6,838 nucleotides of DNA from Octopus sinensis (GCF_006345805.1 NW_021829217.1:1-6838), one strand, 5' to 3'; positions 1 through 6,838 are shown, counted from the stretch's first letter. Made by a program: numbers and translations. The notes: a model not told the origin generated them from the sequence alone.

Positions 1-215
1 GGCAAGGATGAGCCAATAAGAGGGTCTTTGTGTAATTACTCGTCTTGCTAGAAACAGAAGTCAAATCTCCGGTTAGTTACTCCTTCTGCCACTTACAAAA
101 AAGAAGAAAGGTTACATTTGATTATGTTCTACATATTTCAAGAAAAACAAAAACAAGATAGGGTGGTCATGGCTAGAGTGCCTTCGATCACAGATCTGGG
201 ACAATACAACAACAA
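1..215 (+). mobile_element. Probable 3' portion of a third SINE-like interspersed repeat ending in an (ACA)n tail, truncated by the window edge
   Basis: Segments ttgctagaaacagaagtcaaatctcc and ggtggtcatggctagagtgccttcgatcacagatctg resemble a repeat I recall from octopus DNA. It ends in acaacaacaa (206-215). There is no second copy in the window, so support is recollection only. Confidence 0.4.
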
Positions 216-400
216 TACAGTGAAACACCTCCCTCGGACAAACACTACAATGTCACCATGAAAGCTGCTAGCTTAAACCTTTACTAGAAAACCCCTTATC
301 TCGTAAGCCTGACTGACTGCTTTTGTAAGCCACGCCTACCTGATTGCAGTTTGTATAGGAGTAGTTTAACTGGATGTAACTGACTGTAACCTATTAAGGG

Positions 401-465
401 AATCCTTACATTGGTACACGGCGAGAAATTTATGGGGCGATGGGTGTTGGATCGATCGGACCTAC
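401..465 (-). mobile_element. Degenerate 3'-tail fragment of SINE family B
   Basis: aatccttacattggtacacggcgagaaatttatgggg...gatcgatcggacc aligns loosely to the tail ends at 1243-1310, 2801-2870 and 3286-3352 (ggcacaaggcccgaaattttgggg...tcgattagatcg). Confidence 0.5.
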
Positions 466-479
466 TCCTGTATGTTTGC

Positions 480-548
480 TTATTTTTCATTGTTTCAGTC
501 ATTGGACTGTGGTCATGCTGGGGCACTTGCTTTGAAGGGTTTAGTTGG
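480..548 (-). mobile_element. 3'-terminal fragment of SINE family A, inverted relative to the copy at 565-820
   Basis: 490-526 is the reverse complement of 766-802 at 33/37 positions. Confidence 0.8.
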
Positions 549-564
549 ACAGCTGGGCTGCATA

Positions 565-820
565 CTGAAAGAAACTCGTGTGCATGTGTGTGTGTGAGTT
601 TATGTGTGTGTCTACGTTTGTCCCCCATCCCCCCAACATCGCTTGTCAACCGATGCTGGTGTCTTTACATCCCCTTAACTTTGCAGTTCGGCAAAAGAGA
701 CCGATAGAATAAGTACTAGGCTTACAAAGAATAAGTCCTGGGGTCGATTTGCTCGACTAAAGGCGGTGCTCCAGCATGGCCGCAGTCAAATGACTGAAAC
801 AAGTAAAAGAGTAAATGAGC
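565..820 (+). mobile_element. 5'-truncated SINE family A (internal TG microsatellite, body, 3' stem-loops, short tandem tail)
   Basis: Body ...gcagttcggcaaaagagaccgatagaataagtactagg...ctggggtcgatttgctcgactaaaggcggtgctccagcatggccgcagtcaaatgactgaaacaagtaaaagagtaaatgag. It is homologous in reverse to 3542-3690 and 480-548. Terminal hairpin cagtc-aaat-gactg at 783-796. Confidence 0.8.
578..612. repeat. Interrupted (TG)n microsatellite inside SINE family A
   Basis: Direct reading: gtgtgcatgtgtgtgtgtgagtttatgtgtgtgt. Confidence 0.85.
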
Positions 821-984
821 AATAAATTGACAAATGATGGGGCGGAGGGCAAACAAACGGTGACCTTAACTCACAGCATTCAATTATTAAATATTCATAA
901 TTTGAATGAATAAATAAAATTGAATATTATTTATGGAAGCCTTCCTTAATTAGTGTCGAGTGACTTTTGGCCAACCCTGTTACT

Positions 985-1100
985 CGTGGGTCAAATTAAC
1001 TCACAGTCATTGATAGACCTGTACTTATTGGAGAAGACATTCGCCTCTAAGTTGTCGTGAAGTGGGACTGAACACGAAACCCCGTGTTAGCGAAGTGCCC
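985..1100 (-). mobile_element. Degenerate 5' (tRNA-like head) fragment of SINE family A
   Basis: agaagacattcgcc...agtgggactgaacacgaaacc resembles tagtagaaaacacttgccc...agtggaactggacccagaacc at 2471-2522. Confidence 0.55.
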
Positions 1101-1242
1101 TTAATGCCTGCTCTTAGCGATATAAAAACATTTTCCACCCATTTTTTAATAAACTTTCGCATGTTTTTTGTTCTTTCTTAAATCAGCCATTTAAAGAGAA
1201 AATTTGTTAATGGTATTAGTACAATTCGTAGAAACTGATCGT

Positions 1243-1641
1243 ATATTCTTTTCTACTTTAGGCACAAGGCCCGAAATTTTGGGGAAAGAAGGCAGTCGAT
1301 TAGCTCGACCTCTAGGATGCAATTAGTACTTAATTTATCGACCCCGAAAGGATGAAAGGCAAAGTCGACCTCGGCGGAATTTGAACTCAGAATTTCAACA
1401 CAAATGCCTATTTCTTTACTACCCACAAGGGGCTAAACACAGGGGGGACAAACAAGGATAGACAAACGGATTAAGTCGATTACATCGACTCCAGTGCGTA
1501 ACTGGTACTTAATTTATCGACCCCGAAATGATGAAAGGCAAAGTCGACCTCGGCGGAATTTGAACTCAGAACGCAACGGCAGACGAAATACGACTACGCA
1601 TTTCGCCCGGCGTGCTAACGTTTCTGCCAGCTCGCCGCCTT
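1243..1641 (-). mobile_element. Dimeric tRNA-derived SINE (family B), full length, with target-site duplication
   Basis: On the minus strand: A-box-like TGGCAGAAACG (1629-1619) and B-box-like GAGTTCAAATTCC (1567-1555), then core plus tail 1 (to 1407), then a second B-box/core unit plus tail 2 (to ~1243). The core is duplicated at ~179 bp spacing (1326 vs 1505). Flanking direct repeats 1229-1247 and 1641-1659 match at 16/19. Confidence 0.9.
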
Positions 1642-2283
1642 AGAAAATAATTGTATATTAATTCGTCCTCAATATCATTTTGAATTCGACTGTTAACTCT
1701 ATTTTTAGTGCATCACACACAATTCACTGCTGTCGAGTAAACACGCATTCAAATTATATCTGGAACGGATCTGTAGCAACCTGGTAACCTATTAACTCTT
1801 AGTAACGCCTTACAAGTTTGGTATTCCAGAAATGCCATGATTCAGGGACAATGTTGTGCCCAGTAGTAAACAGTGTCAAGGAGTGTAAGTGTTATTGTGT
1901 AGAAGTAGTTAAAGAATGCTCCGTCAGATCCTCTATCCGGGCTATGTTCAAAGGCGATTTATTTGCTGTGTAGATTTATGGCGTACAGGTAGTTAATCAA
2001 ATGAAGTGCAATAACTAATACAAGATAAACATACCTTCAAATACTGATCAAATGCAGCGCCTGATCAGGTATACTGCTCTATGACTGCCTCAAGATTAAT
2101 ATGTTACAACAGGTGGTCTTTCTCGTGTCCAGATTGTATGTATTCAGCACGATTTGGTTGCTATATCAAGCAATTCAGGCAACTGTTTAAAAGCTACATT
2201 GCTTGGTTGTGTTTGGAGTAAGGACAAACACAAAGGATATAGATGTGTGATTTAGACCGAATTTCTTAGACATTACGATTATT

Positions 2284-2478
2284 ACGGCTGGCAGAAGATA
2301 TAAAGTGTCGGATATAAATACCACTGAGTCTTACGTTTTGAGTTCAAATCTCGCAAAGGCCAGCTTTGTTTTTGTTCCTTTCGGGGGCAATAGAATATAA
2401 GTATCAATCAATATTGGGATTCATCGCATCGACTAAACTTCCTTCCTTCAAAACTCTTGACCTCTTGATATAGTAGAA
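2284..2478 (+). mobile_element. Old, degenerate family-B SINE monomer
   Basis: ggctggcagaa (A-box-like) ... ttacgttttgagttcaaatctcgc (B-box-like) ... ttcctttcgggggcaatagaatataagtatcaa ... atcgcatcgact ... tagtagaaaa is colinear with 6087-6310. Confidence 0.7.
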
Positions 2479-2562
2479 AACACTTGCCCAAGCGGCTACG
2501 CAGTGGAACTGGACCCAGAACCATGTGGTTGGGAAGCATTACACAGACACGCCGGTACCCAT
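2469..2562 (-). mobile_element. 5' head fragment of SINE family A (tRNA-like region followed by a CORE-like start)
   Basis: The minus strand reads ...ccaaccacatggttctgggtccagttccactgcgtagccgcttgggcaagtgttttctactata: a B-box-like segment followed by cttgggcaagt, as at the start of the CORE domain in MIR-type SINEs. Linking this head to the 565-820 body rests on my recollection of the family consensus. Confidence 0.65.
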
Positions 2563-2800
2563 ATGTAAGTAATTCAAGATATAAGCAATAATAAATCATA
2601 AAATAAATTTATATTCTTCAAAATGAAACGAAACTACCAGAAAGATGGACAATGATGCTTATTTTTGTATTCTTCTCCTTTTTTGTATTTGAAAATATTG
2701 TCCCTACTTTTTTTTTTAAATTGCAAAGTCTTTGATCAGATTCTCACTGTAACACTGTGAATACTTCGAAGTATTATTTCTGATCATATACACATTTCAA

Positions 2801-3204
2801 ATATTCTTTTCTACTCTAGGCACACGGCCCGAAATTTTTGGGAAGGGTACCTCTCGATTAGATCGCTCCCAGTACGCAACTGGTACTTAAATTTATCGAC
2901 CCCGAACGGATGAAAGGCAAAATCGACCTAGGCGGAATTTGAACTCACAACGTAACGGCAGACGAAATACCTATTCCTTTACTACCCACAAGGGGCTAAA
3001 CATAGAGGGGACAATCAGGGACAGACATAGGTATTAAGTCGATTACATCGAACCCATTGCGTAACTGGTACTTAATTTATCGACCCCGAAAGGATGAAAG
3101 CCAAAGTCGACCTCGACGGAATTTGAACTCAGAACATAAAGACAGACGAAATATGGCTACGCATTTCGCCTGGCGTGCTTACGTTTCTGTCCGCTCACCG
3201 CCTT
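2801..3204 (-). mobile_element. Second copy of the dimeric family-B SINE
   Basis: Colinear end to end with 1243-1641: same tail 2, core, junction cctatt(c/t)ctttactacccacaaggggctaaaca, second core and head ending ccgcctt. Confidence 0.9.
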
Positions 3205-3207
3205 AGC

Positions 3208-3272
<65 letters not shown>

Positions 3273-3285
3273 CAACAGCAACAAT
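3208..3285. repeat. (AAT)20 microsatellite grading into AAC; 3' tail of the SINE at 3286-3440
   Basis: 3208-3267 is 20 perfect AAT units, followed by aac aac aac agc aac aat. Confidence 0.95.
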
Positions 3286-3440
3286 AAGAATCCTTTCTGC
3301 TAAAGGCACTTGACCTGGAATTTGTGGGGAGGGTTAGTCGATCATATCGACTTCAGTACTTGACTGGTACTTGATTTATCGACCCCGAAAGGATGAAGGG
3401 TAAAGTCAACCTCGGCGAAATTTGAACTCAGAATGTAAGG
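3286..3440 (-). mobile_element. 5'-truncated family-B SINE monomer (B-box, core, tail 2)
   Basis: ggtacttgatttatcgaccccgaaaggatgaagggtaaagtcaacctcggcgaaatttgaactcagaa matches the core. Hairpin agtcgat-cat-atcgact is present. Confidence 0.85.
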
Positions 3441-3524
3441 ATGTTTTATACATCAAACGCAGATTGTGTAGGCGTTTAAAGTATAATGGTAACTGAGGAA
3501 ATAAAAGATGATAAGAATTTGCTA

Positions 3525-3690
3525 CATATCTGTTATCTGTTATCTTTTACTTGTTCAAGTAATAAATTAGACTGCGGCCATGCTGGAGCACCGCGTTGAA
3601 GAATTTTACTCGAACGATTAGACCTCTGTACTTATATTACTTTCAGACTGGTACTGATTTTATCAGTTTCTTTTGCCGAACCGCAATTTA
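3525..3690 (-). mobile_element. 3' part of SINE family A with a short tandem tail
   Basis: tcttttacttg...gactgcggccatgctggagcaccgc...ttttgccgaaccgc is the reverse complement of the 680-810 region. Tail is atatctgttatctgttatc. Confidence 0.8.
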
Positions 3691-3852
3691 CATATATTTG
3701 TGATCTGCATCTTATAGAAGTAGCTGTAAGCTAATTAATGAAGTTCATTATATAATTTCTTGGCCCTTAGCCATTTATTTAATTTCATATCTCTTTCTGC
3801 ATTCGCCTAAACCATATGTATATTGAGTCTTAACGCCAGGTTATTAGCATCA

Positions 3853-3879
3853 ATATACATATATATATACATATATATA
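3853..3879. repeat. Short (TA)n/(TACA) microsatellite
   Basis: Direct reading. Confidence 0.8.
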
Positions 3880-4127
3880 ATTTGCGGCTGAATCTGTTTT
3901 TAGGAGGCTCGCTTCGAGAGTTGCATTCCCTCGCATTCGGTACAATGTGTTTATTATGGTAGTTTTCACTTTAAGAGTCCCTCCTAGCGTGAGGCATTTA
4001 TGTATAGTAGTGCCCTTGATATAAATAAATATATTTAAAAGGAATAATTAATAATTTTTTTCCGTATGAGATTCCGCTAACTACTTAATAATTTCTTATT
4101 AAGATTTTATCCTATTTCAAAATTATA

Positions 4128-4129
<2 letters not shown>

Positions 4130-4177
<48 letters not shown>

Positions 4178-4354
4178 TATATATATACTATATATATATA
4201 TATACATATAATACATATATATATACATATATATATATATACATAAATAATACATATATATATCATATACATATATATATATATATGCATATATATGTAT
4301 ATATATATATAGATATATACATATACATATATACATATATTATACATATATATA

Positions 4355-4417
<63 letters not shown>

Positions 4418-4444
4418 AATACATAGATATACACATGTACATAC
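4130..4444. repeat. Long interrupted (TA)n microsatellite, ~315 bp
   Basis: Direct reading. It is the source of the Ile/Tyr-rich spurious ORFs. Confidence 0.95.
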
Positions 4445-4569
4445 AAACTGGGTTACTTTGTGAGTATCCAAACAAGCGAATTATTTCATGAAGGAATAAA
4501 GGAGATGCGACACACACGCCTTTGCCAAAAAAAATTATAATTTTATCGGTTTCACACATGTATTTACGC

Positions 4570-4589
4570 TTGTGTGTGTGTGTGTGTGT
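4570..4589. repeat. (TG)n microsatellite
   Basis: Direct reading. Confidence 0.9.
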
Positions 4590-4632
4590 ATAAAATGAAT
4601 TGTCTGTTGTTATAGTAATGATTTCAAATTTT

Positions 4633-4756
4633 GGCACAAGGCCAGCAATTTCGTGTGTGTGGGAGATAAGTCAATTATATCGACCACAGCGTTTGACTAG
4701 TACTTATCTTAATCGACACCGAAAGGATGAAAGGCAAAGTCGACCTCTGCGGAATT
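4633..4756 (-). mobile_element. Degenerate family-B SINE fragment (core plus tail 2)
   Basis: ggcacaaggccagcaatttc...aatcgacaccgaaaggatgaaaggcaaagtcgacctctgcggaatt matches the core. Confidence 0.8.
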
Positions 4757-4874
4757 ATCTGTTCTCATAATATTGGGTACTTGATAATTTTATTGGAAAA
4801 TTTTTACTTGTTATGCATAATACATACTTGTATATTATACGTTATACTTGCATTATATGATACAACAACAGTAT

Positions 4875-4965
4875 ATGTGTGTGCTTGTGTATGCAATTAT
4901 ATATGTATATGTGTGTGTGTATGTGTGTGTGTGTATGTGTGTGTATGTACACACACATACAGATA
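4875..4965. repeat. Compound (TG/TA)n then (CA)n microsatellite
   Basis: Direct reading. Confidence 0.9.
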
Positions 4966-5040
4966 TATCTATGCTTGTATACTCACATTCAGAGGCATTA
5001 CATATTGAGTACAATCTAACACAATTCGACATTAAAACTA

Positions 5041-5073
<33 letters not shown>

Positions 5074-5096
5074 CTATCGATCTATCTATCTATCTG

Positions 5097-5149
<53 letters not shown>

Positions 5150-5208
5150 ATCTCTTACACACACACACACACACAAGTACACACACACACACAGAGGCAC
5201 ACAGCACA
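5041..5208. repeat. Compound microsatellite: (TC)n, (TATC)n, (AC)n
   Basis: TC at 5041-5054, TATC at ~5055-5146 with two variant units, AC at ~5157-5208. Confidence 0.95.
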
Positions 5209-5519
5209 TAAACATGGTCTATAAAAACTATTAAATAGTCCAATATTTATGAGAACAATAAGATATTATGAGGTCAGTCGGTGCTCCTTAATTCACAAGT
5301 TTGACACGATAAGCAGAACGCAGTGGGGGTGTTTGATACTCGAAATATAGGTTTGGTGGTTAAATTAAATATACAAACAACAAACACGGCATGTAATATT
5401 ATTAATGGTTCACAGCAGCAGCAATAATATGCCATTGCCTTTATGATTTCAGACCACAGGACCCTAGTTTATGCGTCATAGGTTCATATGTTGATGGCTC
5501 CCTTTCATGTATACCCTAC

Positions 5520-5585
5520 ACGCACAGAGGCACACACACATTTACATATATATATATATACTTATATATACATACATGTGTGTGG
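5520..5585. repeat. Compound (CA)n/(TA)n microsatellite
   Basis: Direct reading. Confidence 0.8.
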
Positions 5586-5827
5586 GTGTTCGTACATATG
5601 CAGACACTCAAACATATTTGTGACGTCATAAGAATTTATATCTTTCAGAGAGAACATGGAATAATTCTTTTTTGGAAACATTAGACCTTGAAGCACATGA
5701 GGCTATAAATAATAGATGTGGGTTGATGTCCTGCGCCTGGCGTTCAACTTTTTCTATCGAAAAGGGTTTCACAATTTAATATTTATATGCTATTATTTAT
5801 AGCTGTATGTACTTCGAGAGCCACTGT

Positions 5828-5996
5828 TATGTGTGTGTATGCGAGTCTTATGTATGTGTGTGTGTGTACTCTTATCTTATCTCTATTCTTTCAATCTCCC
5901 ACCCTTGTTCTTCCTTTCTGTTTTTCTCTCCCACCCTTTCCCTATTCTTCTCCTCTCCCCTTCACCGTTCACTCTCTCTCTCTCTCTCTCTCTCAC
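5828..5996. repeat. TG-rich tract followed by a polypyrimidine tract and (CT)n
   Basis: TG-rich at 5828-5868, pyrimidine-rich at ~5870-5970, (CT)n at ~5970-5995. Confidence 0.8.
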
Positions 5997-6086
5997 TCAT
6001 CCTCCTTGACTGTCTCGTTGCTCACACGTGACCAACGGCTATCTATCTTTCTTTCTTCCACTTCCTTCCTAAAAACAAAACGTACT

Positions 6087-6310
6087 AGATGACAGAATCG
6101 TTCGCACGCTGAATGAAATGCTTAGCTTTATTTCGTCTGTGATCACGTTCTGAGTTCAAATTCCTCCGAGGATGACTTTGCCTTTCCTCCTTTGGGGTCA
6201 ATAAATTAAGTACCAGTGAAAAGTGAAGCGCTGGGGTCGGTGTAATCGACTAGTCCCCCGCTAAAAAAAAAAAAAAGAAAAAGTCTGGCCTTGTGCCTTT
6301 AGTAGAAAGG
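6087..6310 (+). mobile_element. Family-B SINE monomer (tRNA-like head, core, tail 2)
   Basis: agatgacagaatcgttcgcacg...cgttctgagttcaaattcctccgaggatgactttgcctttcctcctttggggtcaataaattaagtaccag...ggccttgtgcctttagtagaaagg is the reverse complement of the head/core and tail 2 seen in the minus-strand copies. Confidence 0.85.
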
Positions 6311-6362
<52 letters not shown>

Positions 6363-6371
6363 TATTATTAG

Positions 6372-6406
<35 letters not shown>

Positions 6407-6454
6407 GTATTAGTATTATTATTATTATTACTATCATTATTATTATTATTATTA
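6311..6454. repeat. (ATT)n microsatellite with AGT variants; 3' tail of the SINE at 6087-6310
   Basis: Direct reading. An ATT-like sequence resumes at 6822-6838. Confidence 0.95.
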
Positions 6455-6821
6455 CCTTCGCCTTAGCGAAGGCGGAGCTATTGTTTTCAGTCGCGTTTGT
6501 TTGTTTGTCCGTGGACAAGATATCTCAAGAACCACTGGATGGATGAGGATGAAACTTTCAGAGACGTTTAGCCTTGTGACTGGCACGAACTGATTAGATT
6601 GTGGGATCGATCTAGTACCGGAAAAGGTTTCTGGATTATTTTTCCCTTTTATTTTTTTACTTAATTTTTGAGAGCGATCGGATTCATTTTTAGTATTCTC
6701 GTTTGTGAAAGCAGTCGAGTTTATTTCAGATACTCTCATTTTAAAAATCATCTCTGGCTAATCGTTGAGAGGATGTTGGTTTTGCCTTGGCGGAGATTTA
6801 CGCTCTCAAAGCGCTCCTGTT
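6451..6821 (+). mobile_element. Helentron-associated non-autonomous element (HINE / DINE-1-like, rolling-circle)
   Basis: 5' subterminal motif cttcgcc (6456-6462); nearby internal inverted copy ggcggag (6471-6477); (GTTT)n-GTCC microsatellite (6495-6512); 3' subterminal ggcggag (6789-6795); short 3' palindrome cgct-ctcaa-agcg (6801-6813); T-rich ends; TT-containing flanks. This is the order described for HINE/DINE-1. Exact ends and orientation are approximate. Confidence 0.7.
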
Positions 6822-6838
6822 ATTATTGTTATCATTAC

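Noticed and set aside
296-707. ORFs 296-649 (-) and 411-707 (+)
   Set aside because: They run through SINE fragments and a TG microsatellite (HTHT / CVCV peptides), and show no recognisable domain.
480-812. MITE with terminal inverted repeats
   Set aside because: The same arm occurs at 3542-3600 attached to SINE body, so the arms are SINE 3' ends. No TSD surrounds the pair.
1160-1190. Strong-looking splice acceptor (ttttttgttctttcttaaatcag)
   Set aside because: No credible downstream exon or donor, and T-rich tracts are frequent here.
1504-1641. Possible self-cleaving ribozyme (retrozyme) in the structured repeat
   Set aside because: I found no hammerhead core (CTGANGA...GAAA) on either strand and could not build a convincing HDV-like fold by eye. 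An Infernal/Rfam scan would settle it.
1555-1641. Functional tRNA gene
   Set aside because: A/B-box-like motifs are present, but there is no convincing cloverleaf and the segment runs directly into SINE body.
2408-2599. 63-aa minus-strand ORF
   Set aside because: It lies across two SINE fragments, so it is a chance open frame.
1326-3432. Recurrent ~67-bp core as a possible CRISPR-like or regularly spaced array
   Set aside because: Spacing is irregular, the intervening sequences are homologous between copies rather than unique spacers, and there are no cas genes. SINE copies explain it.
2785-3460. TSD around the 2801-3440 SINE chain (tatacacatttcaaa vs tatacatcaaa)
   Set aside because: It needs gaps and is AT-rich, so it is not distinguishable from chance.
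4084-4103. Perfect 8-bp hairpin cttaataa-tttc-ttattaag
   Set aside because: AT-rich, isolated and without context; expected by chance in such sequence.
4112-5234. Ile/Tyr-, Val/Cys- and Leu-Ser-Ile-Tyr-rich ORFs
   Set aside because: These are translations of (TA)n, (TG)n and (TATC)n, which lack stop codons by composition.
5787-6092. Two plus-strand ORFs of 101 and 74 aa
   Set aside because: They arise from TG and CT low-complexity sequence.
6452-6751. 99-aa minus-strand ORF
   Set aside because: It lies inside the HINE-like element, with no Rep/helicase or transposase motifs.

Overview
AT-rich, non-coding eukaryotic DNA packed with repeats. The repeat families match what I recall from octopus (Octopodidae) genomes; this is recognition, not a database result. 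No credible protein-coding gene is present: the supplied ORFs are read-through of microsatellites or SINEs. The window holds (i) about nine monomer units or fragments of one tRNA-derived SINE, here 'family B', including two copies of the same head-to-tail dimer, one flanked by a 19-bp target-site duplication; (ii) five fragments of a second tRNA/CORE-like SINE, 'family A', which shares a hairpin module with family B; (iii) a probable third SINE 3' end at the left edge; (iv) a ~370-bp Helentron-associated (HINE/DINE-1-like) non-autonomous element inserted in the (ATT)n tail of a family-B SINE; and (v) many microsatellites. I see no new gene system. The most interesting signals concern transposon architecture: the dimer, module sharing, nesting and inverted copies.
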